A DNA stretch of 32,000 bases from Candidatus Saccharimonadota bacterium. GTDB lineage: Bacteria > Pseudomonadota > Gammaproteobacteria > Enterobacterales > Enterobacteriaceae. The stretch covers positions 90,001 to 122,000 of the forward strand of contig CP188086.1 of the NCBI GenBank assembly GCA_049942765.1, read 5' to 3'. Shown in pieces: positions 12,928 to 21,894 of the stretch (positions are counted from its first letter, which is position 1; the number at the start of each line of letters is the position of its first letter). A model generated the notes under the pieces. The model was not told the DNA's origin. It saw only the letters and a program-made list of their open reading frames with translations, and ran no database searches. The translations under genes and the position numbers were made by a program.

Positions 12928-13047
12928 TACCTGGTGATAATAGCAATATGGAACCACCTGAATCCATTCCGAACTCAGAAGTGAAACGTGTTTACGCCGA
13001 TGGTAGTACAGGGTCTCCCTGTGTGAGAGTAGGTAATTACCAGGTAT
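12928..13047 (+). rRNA. rrf: 5S ribosomal RNA
   Basis: 120 nt; TACCTGGTGATAATAGCAATATGGAACCACCTGAATCCATTCCGAACTCAGAAGTGAAACG..GAGAGTAGGTAATTACCAGGTAT is colinear with E. coli 5S (TGCCTGGCGGC..CCGAACTCAGAAGTGAAACG..GAGAGTAGGGAACTGCCAGGCAT). Confidence 0.95.
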
Positions 13048-13303
13048 TAATTTGATTAATAGTGATTAAATCATTGATATATATAAATTTTTTTTATTAA
13101 AAATATTTTAATTCTAATTTAAAAATAAACCTTATCTAGAAAACAATACATTTACGTGTTAATCTATACACAATTAAGATTGTGGTTTTTATTTTTTATA
13201 GTAAAAATTTTTTTTTAAAATTATATTTAATTAAATCACTATTGTTGATATGTAAACTTATTATATTTAAGTTTAGTGTATATTTTATTTAAGGTAATTA
13301 TAG

Positions 13304-13513
13304 ATGTCTAAGATTAAAGGTAATGTTAAATGGTTCAATGAATCTAAAGGTTTTGGATTTATTACTCCTGAAGATGGAAGTAAAGATGTTTTCGTTCATT
13401 TTTCAGCTATTCAAAGTAATGGTTTTAAAACTTTAACAGAAGGACAAAGTGTTGAGTTTGAAATTACTGAAGGAGCTAAAGGTCCATCGGCTGCAAACGT
13501 TATTAGTTTGTAG
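13304..13513 (+). CDS. cspE: cold-shock-like protein CspE
   Basis: 69 aa; [69 protein letters not shown] is almost identical to E. coli CspE and clearly closer to it than to CspC or CspA. RNP1 motif KGFGFI and RNP2 motif VFVHF are present. Confidence 0.96.
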   Translation: MSKIKGNVKWFNESKGFGFITPEDGSKDVFVHFSAIQSNGFKTLTEGQSVEFEITEGAKGPSAANVISL

Positions 13514-13568
13514 TATTAATATTTTTAGATTGAATTATTGAAAAAAAATAAAATATTTTTAATTTAAA

Positions 13569-13613
13569 ATAGAGCGTGTAATTTATTTTACGCGCTCTAT
13601 AATTATTTTTTTT
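13569..13613. terminator. strong intrinsic terminator downstream of cspE (possibly bidirectional, shared with convergent ybeD)
   Basis: A 13-bp stem, ATAGAGCGTGTAA (13569-13581) with TTACGCGCTCTAT (13588-13600), containing one G-U pair. Loop TTTATT. T8 run at 13606-13613 on +, and TTTT immediately flanking on the minus strand. It is a GC-rich island in AT-rich spacer. Confidence 0.7.
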
Positions 13614-13711
13614 AAGTATATTATTTTCTATTTATTTAATAACTTATGTTAAAGAAATATAATTATTAAATTCATATATTTTTGTTATGAGTATTAAGTA
13701 TATTTTTTATA

Positions 13712-13738
13712 AATAATAATAATAATAATAATAATAAT
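13712..13738. repeat. (AAT)9 trinucleotide microsatellite, intergenic
   Basis: Nine uninterrupted AAT units, counted directly, between convergent cspE and ybeD. Confidence 0.9.
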
Positions 13739-13791
13739 GTATTGTGTTAGTTAATATATATTTTTAAGATTAGATTTTTTTGTAGATATAT

Positions 13792-14055
13792 TTAAAAAAC
13801 CATTCTAACCATACTAATATGACTAATTTCATTGTATAGATGTTCTATTTGTTCAAAATTTTTTGCACAAATAGTAATTGAAATTGATAAATAGTTTCCC
13901 TTGTTGCTTGATTTTACTTGAGGAATATAATCCCCTGGAATGCATAGTTGAACTACTCTAATAACTTGGTCAATTAATTCTGGACGTGATAAACCAATAA
14001 TTTTGTATGTAAAATAACAAGGGAATGTTAACATTTCTTGTAGTTTTTTTTTCAT
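13792..14055 (-). CDS. ybeD: UPF0250/DUF493 protein YbeD
   Basis: 87 aa; MKKKLQEMLTFPCYFTYKIIGLSRPELIDQVIRVVQ..PGDY..SSNKGNYLSISITI..VRMVF is colinear with E. coli YbeD ([36 protein letters not shown]..). AGGA SD 8 nt upstream. Confidence 0.92.
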   Translation of the reverse strand: MKKKLQEMLTFPCYFTYKIIGLSRPELIDQVIRVVQLCIPGDYIPQVKSSNKGNYLSISITICAKNFEQIEHLYNEISHISMVRMVF

Positions 14056-14128
14056 TATGAATATCCTTATATTTTAATAATATAATATAATTTAATTATT
14101 TATATAATGTGGAAGTTGTGTGAATTAA

Positions 14129-14156
14129 ATGATATCAATATATTTTATATTATCAA
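14129..14156 (-). promoter_or_regulatory. candidate sigma70 promoter for ybeD (weak evidence)
   Basis: On the minus strand: TTGATA (complement of 14151-14156), a 16-nt spacer, then TATCAT (complement of 14129-14134), about 75 nt upstream of the ybeD ATG. AT-rich DNA yields such hexamers by chance. Confidence 0.3.
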
Positions 14157-14416
14157 TGTTATTAAATTTATTAATATCATGTAATTGTACAAAATAATGT
14201 AATAAAATTTTTATTTATTATTATAAATGTAACTAATCAGTATATAAAAATTTTAATAGATTATATTTATTTCATAATATTTACTTTTATTTGCATAAAA
14301 ATATATAATTTGTTTAATAAAAAAATATTATATCAGTTATATTAGTTAAATAATTAAAAAATTGTATATAAACATCATGGTTCATTTTAATCTAGTTGAT
14401 TTGTAGACATTAATAT

Positions 14417-15811
14417 ATGTTAAAAATTTTTAATACGTTAACTCATAGAAAAGAAATATTTAAACCTATTATCAATAATAATGTTAGTATCTATGTTTGT
14501 GGTATAACTGTTTATGATTTTTGTCATATAGGTCATGGTAGAACTTTTACTGTTTTTGATATTATTATTCGATATTTTAAATTTTGTGGTTATAATATTA
14601 ATTATGTTAGAAATATTACTGATATTGATGATAAAATTATTATTAGAGCTATTCAGAATAAAGAAAGCATTTCATCATTGACTAATAGAATGATAAAATT
14701 TATGCATCATGATTTTCATAAATTAAATCTTTTAGTTCCAACTGTAGAACCAAGAGTTACGCAATGTATAGAAGATATAATACTTATGATTAGTGTATTA
14801 ATTAAGAATAATTATGCTTACATTAATAGTAATGGTGATGTATGTTTTTCTATTAAAAATTATTCTAAATATGGTGAATTATCTAATCAATTATTGTCTT
14901 CTTTACAGTTAATCAATAATTCTAATATTAATTTAAAAATGGATTTTGTTTTATGGAAATTATCTAATAAAGTAGAATCATATGTTTCTTGGAAATCTCC
15001 CTGGGGGTATGGAAGACCAGGTTGGCATATTGAATGTTCAGCTATGTCAAATAAATATTTAGGAAAAACATTTGACATACATGGAGGAGGTATAGATTTA
15101 TTATTTCCTCATCATGAAAACGAAAAGGCTCAGTTAGATGGATATGATCATGATTCATTCATTAATTATTGGATTCATGCTGGCATGGTAGTTATTAATG
15201 ATATAAAAATGTCTAAATCTTTAAATAATGTGTGCACATTACGTTATTTATTAAAATCATTTAATGGTAATACGTTGCGATATTTTTTTCTTTCTACTCA
15301 TTATAGACGTCCATTACATTTTAATATAGTTAATATTAAAAATTCTGAAAATTGTTTTAAGAAAATATGTTATGCTTTATGTCAAACTAATAAATTAGAT
15401 TTAAATTGTGTTGCTGTTACGACTGATTATGATCATCAATTTAATGCGGCTATGAAAGATGATTTTAATACTCCGGAAGCTTTAAAAATTTTGTTATTTT
15501 TATCAAAAAAAATAATTTTTATTAATAAAAATGAATTTAATAAAGAAAAAGTTAATTTTTTAGTTGGTAAATTATTTTTTTTAGTTAAAATTTTAGGATT
15601 TAATATAAATCTTAAACATGTGTATTGTAGAAAGGATTCAACATCTAATGTTGAACATGATATTCAATCATTAATTAAACTAAGAGAAAAAGCTAGAAGT
15701 AATAAAGATTGGAATACAGCAGATGTTATAAGAAAAAAAATAAATAAGTTAGATATTGTTTTAGAAGATACATATAATGGGACAATATGGTATCCTAAGA
15801 ATTTAGTATAG
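14417..15811 (+). CDS. cysS: cysteine--tRNA ligase
   Basis: 464 aa; [36 protein letters not shown] (HIGH motif), KMSKSLNN (KMSKS motif), [12 protein letters not shown]. Colinear with E. coli CysS. Confidence 0.97.
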   Translation: MLKIFNTLTHRKEIFKPIINNNVSIYVCGITVYDFCHIGHGRTFTVFDIIIRYFKFCGYNINYVRNITDIDDKIIIRAIQNKESISSLTNRMIKFMHHDFHKLNLLVPTVEPRVTQCIEDIILMISVLIKNNYAYINSNGDVCFSIKNYSKYGELSNQLLSSLQLINNSNINLKMDFVLWKLSNKVESYVSWKSPWGYGRPGWHIECSAMSNKYLGKTFDIHGGGIDLLFPHHENEKAQLDGYDHDSFINYWIHAGMVVINDIKMSKSLNNVCTLRYLLKSFNGNTLRYFFLSTHYRRPLHFNIVNIKNSENCFKKICYALCQTNKLDLNCVAVTTDYDHQFNAAMKDDFNTPEALKILLFLSKKIIFINKNEFNKEKVNFLVGKLFFLVKILGFNINLKHVYCRKDSTSNVEHDIQSLIKLREKARSNKDWNTADVIRKKINKLDIVLEDTYNGTIWYPKNLV

Positions 15812-15874
15812 TGTAAAAAATATGTTTATAAAATATTTATTTTTTTGAAATTTTATTCATGTTTGTAATATTAA

Positions 15875-16744
15875 TTATGAACTGATATTTAATGATAAAT
15901 TTTGATGATATGCTTGTAATGTATTAGTTAATAATGTTGCTATTGTCATAGGACCAACGCCTCCTGGAACAGGAGTAATATAAGATGCCTTAATAATTGC
16001 TGAATTAAAATCAACATCTCCTACTATAGTTCCGTTCATTAATCTATTAATTCCAACATCAATGATTATAGCTCCTTTTTTAATGTTATCTCCTTTAATA
16101 AAATTTGGTATTCCTACGGCTACAATTAATATGTCTGCTTGTTGAATATACTGTGATAAATTATGAGTAAATTTATGTGTAATAGTCACTGTACAACCTA
16201 GTAATAATAATTCTAGACTCATTGGTCTTCCTACTAAATTGGAAGCTCCTATGATAACTGCATGTAATCCATGTGTTTTGATTTTATATTCTTTTAATAA
16301 AGTAACAATTCCGTATGGAGTACAAGCTCTTAATTTTGGTGAACGATGACATAATCTACCAGTATTATATGGATGTAATCCATCTACATCTTTATAAATA
16401 TTAATTTTTTTTAATATATTTATAGTATTGATATTTTGTGGCAAAGGTAATTGTACAACTATTCCGTCAGTATGTTTTTCTATATTTAGAGTGTTAATAA
16501 TAGATAATATGTTTGATTCATTAGTTGTTTGTTTAATATGTATGATTTTTGCAGTAATGCCTACTTGTTGGCATGCGTGTTTTTTTTTATTAATATAAAT
16601 TTCTGAAGCTGGATTAGATCCAATTAAAATTATTGATAATTTTGGACAACGTTTATTTTTAATTTTAAGTTGGTTAATTTCTTGTTTAATGTTTAAAAAA
16701 ATTTTTTTAGCAATCATAGTACCATCAATTATTTTATGTTTCAT
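15875..16744 (-). CDS. folD: bifunctional methylenetetrahydrofolate dehydrogenase/cyclohydrolase
   Basis: 289 aa; [12 protein letters not shown].., [61 protein letters not shown] match E. coli FolD. Confidence 0.97.
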   Translation of the reverse strand: MKHKIIDGTMIAKKIFLNIKQEINQLKIKNKRCPKLSIILIGSNPASEIYINKKKHACQQVGITAKIIHIKQTTNESNILSIINTLNIEKHTDGIVVQLPLPQNINTINILKKINIYKDVDGLHPYNTGRLCHRSPKLRACTPYGIVTLLKEYKIKTHGLHAVIIGASNLVGRPMSLELLLLGCTVTITHKFTHNLSQYIQQADILIVAVGIPNFIKGDNIKKGAIIIDVGINRLMNGTIVGDVDFNSAIIKASYITPVPGGVGPMTIATLLTNTLQAYHQNLSLNISS

Positions 16745-16886
16745 AATGTATTATTTTATTCCATAGTGTTACACTAATTAAGTGTATTTATAGTTCATAA
16801 GATATTTAGATTTTTATGAATAAAAAAATATTAATATGCATAAATATTTTTATATTATTTTTAGTATTTAAATTTGTCAAATTATA

Positions 16887-16916
16887 TTGACCAATTTATT
16901 ATTTCAGACGTATAAT
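16887..16916 (+). promoter_or_regulatory. candidate sigma70 promoter of tRNA-Arg
   Basis: TTGACC (16887-16892), an 18-nt spacer, then a perfect TATAAT (16911-16916), ending 14 nt before the mature tRNA 5' end. Sequence pattern only. Confidence 0.5.
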
Positions 16917-16930
16917 ATAAGCATATTTTA

Positions 16931-17004
16931 GCGTTCTTAGCTCAGTAGGATAGAGCAACGGCCTTCTAAGCCGTAGGTCATAGGTTCGAATCCTATAGAA
17001 CGCA
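16931..17004 (+). tRNA. argU-like: tRNA-Arg (anticodon UCU)
   Basis: Cloverleaf parsed by hand: acceptor GCGTTCT/AGAACGC (7 Watson-Crick pairs), D stem GCTC/GAGC, anticodon stem ACGGC/GCCGT with loop CT-TCT-AA, T arm ATAGG-TTCGAAT-CCTAT, discriminator A. No CCA is encoded. The cysS(+)/folD(-)/argU(+) arrangement matches E. coli, as I recall it. Confidence 0.93.
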
Positions 17005-17067
17005 TATAAAAATAATTTATTTTATTCCTTAACGATATTAGTTATCGGATTAATTTATCTTTGATTT

Positions 17068-17700
17068 TTATTTAATTATACTAGTTAAGTATGTTTGTAT
17101 TTTTTGAATAGAATTTCTAGTGTCTATTTTATAATATGTTTTATTTTTTGTTTGTTTTTTATAAAATTCAATAATTGGGTAGGTACATTTGTGATATTCT
17201 TGTATTCTTTTCTGTATTATATTTTTATGATCATCTAGTCTAATAGTTAATTTTTCTCCTGTAATATCATCTATACCTTTGGATTTTGGAGGGTTAAATT
17301 TATCGTGATAAATTCTTCCAGATGGAAGGTGTATTTGTCGACCCATAATTCTTTCTATGATTAAATTTTCTGGTGCAAAAAAGTGTAATATATAGTTTAT
17401 TTTTATTTTTTTGTGGTTTAAGTAATTGGCTTGATTTATAGTTCTGGGAAATCCATCTAGTAAAAATCCATTTTTAATGTTTGAAACCATCATTTCCTTT
17501 TCTACTGTACGAATAACAATGTCATCATTGATTAATTTTCCATTGTTGATTTTATTAATAACGTTGTTATGTGTTGTTTCTTGAAAAATATTTTTTAATA
17601 AATCTCCTGTATATATTGGATGAAGATGATATTTATTTGAAATGAATTGAGCGTGAGTTCCCTTACCTGTTCCTGGTGCTCCAATTAAAATGATGTTCAT
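17068..17700 (-). CDS. adk: adenylate kinase
   Basis: ORF 17068..17730 trimmed to the ATG at 17700. MNIILIGAPGTGKGTHAQFI aligns with E. coli [20 protein letters not shown] (P-loop). The 10-codon extension has no homology. Confidence 0.94.
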   Translation of the reverse strand: MNIILIGAPGTGKGTHAQFISNKYHLHPIYTGDLLKNIFQETTHNNVINKINNGKLINDDIVIRTVEKEMMVSNIKNGFLLDGFPRTINQANYLNHKKIKINYILHFFAPENLIIERIMGRQIHLPSGRIYHDKFNPPKSKGIDDITGEKLTIRLDDHKNIIQKRIQEYHKCTYPIIEFYKKQTKNKTYYKIDTRNSIQKIQTYLTSIIK

Positions 17701-17870
17701 AATATTGTCCAGATAAATATTAATTTTCATTAAATAATTTATTGTTATTTATATAATATATTTTTAAATAGTTCATTAACATATTATAGTTAACTTATAT
17801 ATCATATAGTTAACAACTGTTCTGTCAATTAGTTTAATGAACTATTTTTTATTTTATTTATATTGATTTA

Positions 17871-19751
17871 TTAATTTTTGATTAAAAATAATTTATTCAT
17901 TAGTTGAATAAATTGATGAGGATTATCTAGACTTCCTTTTTCTACTAATAATGACTGATTTAATAATAATTGGACCCAATCTTTCATTATATTTTCATCA
18001 TTGATATTCATAATTTTATTAATAAAGTTGTGATTAGGGTTTATTTCAAGTATATATTGTATGGGTTGTACAGGTTGTCCAGCTGCTAAAAATAATTTAG
18101 CCATTTGTGTGGTCATAGTATTTGAATCAGTTGTTACTACTGCTGGTGTAGTAGTGAGTCGATATGTAGTTCTTACATCTTTAACTTGATCACCTAATAT
18201 TTTTTTTATTTTGTTAATAAAGGATGATATCTCTTTTTCTTTTTCTTCTGTATTCTCGATTATAGGTTTATTTAATTGAGATATAGATGGATCAGAAATA
18301 TTTACTGATTGAAATTTTTTCCCTTGAAATTCAATCATATAATTCATCATCCATTCATCAATTTTGTCGGAAAGCAATAGAACGTCTATTTTTTGTTTTT
18401 TGAATAATTCTAAATGAGGACTGTTTTTAGCAGAAATGTAGTTATCTGAAGTAATAAAATAAATTTTTTCTTGTTCAGATGTCATAGTATTTATATACTC
18501 TGCTAGAGATAATGTTTGAGCTTCGTTATTATTTTTTATTGATGTAAATCTTAATAAATTTAATATGGTTTGTTTGTTATCGTGGTCTTCAGCAGGACCT
18601 TCTTTAAATACGATACCAAATTCTTTCCAAAAAAGTTGATATTTTTTGTTATCTGTTTTAGCAAGTTTTTCTAATATAGTGAGGATTCGTTTGGTTAGAG
18701 ATTTTTTTAGTTTTTTGATGATTTCGTTTTCTTGTAAAATTTCTCTGGAAATATTTAATGGTAAGTCGTTAGTATCAATAATTCCTTTAACAAATCGGAG
18801 ATAATTAGGTAAAAAATGTTCAGCATTATCCATAATAAATACACGTTTAACATGTAGTTTTAATCCATGTTTATTATCTTTATTCCATAAATCCCATGTT
18901 GATTTAGATGGTACATATAATAAGCTAATATATTCTAATTGTCCCTCTACATGGTTGTGACTCCATGTAAGTGGATCATTTTCTTCATTAGTTAATTTTT
19001 TGTAAAAATCTTTGTATTCTGTTTTTTTAATTTCAGATTTATTAATAGTCCATAAAGCATTAGCTTTATTAATTTGTTCCCATGTATAAATTTTATTTTT
19101 TGGATCAAATGTTTGTATTTCTATAGGAATGTTAATATGATCCATATATTTTTTAATAATATTTTTAATTTTCCACGTTTCAGTAAAATCTTTTTCTTCT
19201 GGTTTTAAATATAAACAAATATCTGTTCCACAAGTTTCTTTTTCTGTCAAGGATACAGAAAAGGTACCTTGTCCTGATGATTCCCATAGTGTTGATTGTT
19301 CTATTGGCGTACCAGCATAACGTGTAGTTACTGTTATTTTATTGGATACTATAAAAGCAGAATAAAAACCTACTCCAAATTGTCCTATTAAATTTTCGTT
19401 GTTTTTCGATATTTTATCTATTTTATCTAAAAATTTTTTAGTTCCTGATTTTGCAATAGTTCCTAAATTATCTATGACTTCTTGATATGTCATACCAATA
19501 CCATTGTCACTAATTGTTATAGTTTGTTCTTTATCGTTAGTTATGATTTGAATTTTTCTATTTGTATTACTATCATATAATTTAGGATTAGTAATAGCAT
19601 GAAAATTGAATTTTTCAATTGCATCAGAAGCATTAGAAATAAGTTCTCGGAGGAAAATTTCTTTATTAGAGTATAGAGAATGAATCATTAAATGTAGTAG
19701 TTCCTTGGATTCTGATTGAAAATCATAAGTTATTTTTTTATTGTTAGCCAT
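17871..19751 (-). CDS. htpG: molecular chaperone HtpG (HSP90 family)
   Basis: 626 aa; FQSESKELLHLMIHSLYSNKEIFLRELISNASDA, LIGQFGVGFYSAF, LKLHVKRVFIMD, LPLNISREILQ. Colinear with E. coli HtpG along the full length. Confidence 0.97.
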   Translation of the reverse strand: MANNKKITYDFQSESKELLHLMIHSLYSNKEIFLRELISNASDAIEKFNFHAITNPKLYDSNTNRKIQIITNDKEQTITISDNGIGMTYQEVIDNLGTIAKSGTKKFLDKIDKISKNNENLIGQFGVGFYSAFIVSNKITVTTRYAGTPIEQSTLWESSGQGTFSVSLTEKETCGTDICLYLKPEEKDFTETWKIKNIIKKYMDHINIPIEIQTFDPKNKIYTWEQINKANALWTINKSEIKKTEYKDFYKKLTNEENDPLTWSHNHVEGQLEYISLLYVPSKSTWDLWNKDNKHGLKLHVKRVFIMDNAEHFLPNYLRFVKGIIDTNDLPLNISREILQENEIIKKLKKSLTKRILTILEKLAKTDNKKYQLFWKEFGIVFKEGPAEDHDNKQTILNLLRFTSIKNNNEAQTLSLAEYINTMTSEQEKIYFITSDNYISAKNSPHLELFKKQKIDVLLLSDKIDEWMMNYMIEFQGKKFQSVNISDPSISQLNKPIIENTEEKEKEISSFINKIKKILGDQVKDVRTTYRLTTTPAVVTTDSNTMTTQMAKLFLAAGQPVQPIQYILEINPNHNFINKIMNINDENIMKDWVQLLLNQSLLVEKGSLDNPHQFIQLMNKLFLIKN

Positions 19752-19885
19752 ATTAACCCTATGTATAAAAAGTTGTTTTTGATATACTATGTTTATAGTT
19801 TAAATAAATTTAGATTTGTAAATTAAAACTAATTTTTAAAAATAATGTAGTTATTATTTTTTTTATATGTGTTAATATACATGTT

Positions 19886-20215
19886 TTATGCTGTTATATC
19901 AAAATTTGTAGGTAATGGGATTCCTGAAGATATAGATGCCATTTTGTTTTTTTTTGCTTCATTAATTTTACGAGATGCATCATTGAATGCAGCTACTATT
20001 AAATCTTCTATCATGTCTATTTTTTCTAATAATAAACTAGGATCAATTTGAATTTTTTTACAATAATTGGATCCATTTATAGTAACTGATATTAAACCTG
20101 CTCCAGATTCTCCTGTAACTTCAATAGAACTCATTTCTTTCTGTATTTTTTCCATATTTTCTTGCATTGTTTTTGCTTGTTCCATAAATTGATTTAAATT
20201 ATTTTTATTAAACAT
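19886..20215 (-). CDS. ybaB: nucleoid-associated protein YbaB/EbfC
   Basis: 109 aa; ..MEQAKTMQENMEKIQKEMSSIEVTGESGAGLISVTINGSNYCKKIQIDPSLL..DLIVAAFNDA.. is colinear with E. coli YbaB. Lies downstream of dnaX as in E. coli. Confidence 0.94.
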   Translation of the reverse strand: MFNKNNLNQFMEQAKTMQENMEKIQKEMSSIEVTGESGAGLISVTINGSNYCKKIQIDPSLLLEKIDMIEDLIVAAFNDASRKINEAKKNKMASISSGIPLPTNFDITA

Positions 20216-20691
20216 TTTTATTCCTTATTTTAGAGTTATTTTTATGTAATATTATTTATTAAAAATAATATTTATTAATCATTATAATCTATTAATATTA
20301 TAATATTCTAATATTTATTAGTTAGGTGAGATTATTTTTTAACAATAATAGAATTATATTAAATTTAATGTGTATTGTAAGTTACATTACAAAAATAATT
20401 TTCAATATAAAATAGATTTTTATATATTTTAATATTATTTTTTACTTATTAACTATATTAATAATGATTTTTTAATAGAATATTTATGAAATATAAATTT
20501 AACTATGACTAATTTGTTGTATATGTAAAATTGATTATTTAAATAATTTTTGATTTTAGTTTTGTTTTTTAAGTGATTTGTTAATGTTTTTATAAAAAAT
20601 TAAATTTTAGATTGTTATAGTGAGTTAAATATTAAATAATAATTTTTAATTTTGTTATTTTATTTTTTTTAAATATATTAATTATTGAATA

Positions 20692-21777
20692 TTATATATC
20701 AAATATTCGTAGTAAAGACATTTCAAATCCTATTTGATCTGTAGGTGCAAATTTTAGTTCTTTCACTCCTATAATTAATTCTTGGTAATACTTACGAATT
20801 ATTTTTGGAGAAATAGTTTTAGATAATGTTATAAGTGTACATTCCTCTGTTTTATTAAGGTCATTATTTTTCCATGTTACATCAAATAATTGTACCATAG
20901 CTATATGATGTAAAAATTTTAAAATATTTAATAAAACACGTTCCCAATTAGGTTGTAAAGTAGCAATACTATTAATTGAATTTATTAATAACATGCCATC
21001 TTTATTGATTATTGACAACAGTAATTCCATGGTTTTTGTATCTGATATATTGCCTGTAATGTTCAAAATAACATCGTTTGTTAAATTCCCTTGACTCATA
21101 GCTATGGCATGATCAGTAAAATTTAATCCATCTCTTAAACTGCCTTTGGCATAAAGGGCAATATTTTTAATTGCTAAATTTTCGAAGATAATTTCTTCTT
21201 TGTTTAAAATTTTTTTTATAGTTTGATATATTGTAGATTGTGAAATAGGTTTAAAATTAAATAATAAACATCTAGAAATGATGGTTTGTGGTATTTTATC
21301 TAAATTGGTAGTAGCTAAAATAAATTTTATATGTTGAGGAGGTTCATCAAGGTATTTCAATAGAGCGTTAAAACTATGTTTAGATAACATGTGTACTTCA
21401 TCAATTAAATAAATTTTATATTTTCCTTGAATCGGGGAGTATTGTATATTCTCTAATATATCTTTTATATCATCTACTTTAGTTTTTGATGCTCCATCTA
21501 TTTCTATTAAATCGAAGAATTTGTTATTTTCTATGTCTTGACAATTTTGACAGATTCTGCATGGATTTTCTGTTGTTTTGTTAGTACAATTAAGAGTTTT
21601 TGCTAAGATTCTAGCTGTACTAGTTTTTCCAGTTCCTCTGGTACCATAAAATAAAAAAGAATGATGTATTCTTTTATTTAAAATACTATTTGTAAGAGCT
21701 GTAACAATATGTTTTTGTCCTTCAATTTCATTGAATATTTGAGGTCTCCATTTTCTTGCTAATACTTGATAATTCAT
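20692..21777 (-). CDS. dnaX: DNA polymerase III clamp-loader subunit DnaX, short form (domains I-III only)
   Basis: 361 aa; MNYQVLARKWRPQIFNEIEGQKHIV.., Walker A GTRGTGKTS, zinc module CRICQNCQ, Walker B YLIDEVHML, SRC motif ISRCLLF. Ends at ..EMSLLRIFDI, equivalent to the end of E. coli domain III (..VEMTLLRALAF). Confidence 0.93.
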   Translation of the reverse strand: MNYQVLARKWRPQIFNEIEGQKHIVTALTNSILNKRIHHSFLFYGTRGTGKTSTARILAKTLNCTNKTTENPCRICQNCQDIENNKFFDLIEIDGASKTKVDDIKDILENIQYSPIQGKYKIYLIDEVHMLSKHSFNALLKYLDEPPQHIKFILATTNLDKIPQTIISRCLLFNFKPISQSTIYQTIKKILNKEEIIFENLAIKNIALYAKGSLRDGLNFTDHAIAMSQGNLTNDVILNITGNISDTKTMELLLSIINKDGMLLINSINSIATLQPNWERVLLNILKFLHHIAMVQLFDVTWKNNDLNKTEECTLITLSKTISPKIIRKYYQELIIGVKELKFAPTDQIGFEMSLLRIFDI

Positions 21778-21894
21778 ATTTCTCTCACTATATTATATTA
21801 ATATACTCTAAGATGACATAAAAATAATATAAATATATTTTTTTTAAAAATATTTCTATTAATTTAAATTTATGTTATTATTTTACTGATATAT

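Noticed and set aside
13169-13196. Hairpin CACAAT-TAAG-ATTGTG followed by GTTTTTATTTTTT as the rRNA operon terminator
   Set aside because: The position (about 120 nt after 5S) and the T-runs fit, but the stem is only 6 bp and mostly A/T. That is too weak to call as a feature without experimental 3' ends.
14150-14158. DnaA-box reading of TTATCAATG within the shared 35-nt element
   Set aside because: It differs from TTATNCACA at three positions, including the conserved CAC core. There is no cluster of boxes and no origin context.
14887-15078. 63-aa ORF antisense to cysS
   Set aside because: Shadow ORF within a well-conserved aminoacyl-tRNA synthetase gene.
19869-20051. 60-aa ORF antisense to ybaB
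   Set aside because: Overlaps the conserved ybaB frame and has no independent support.
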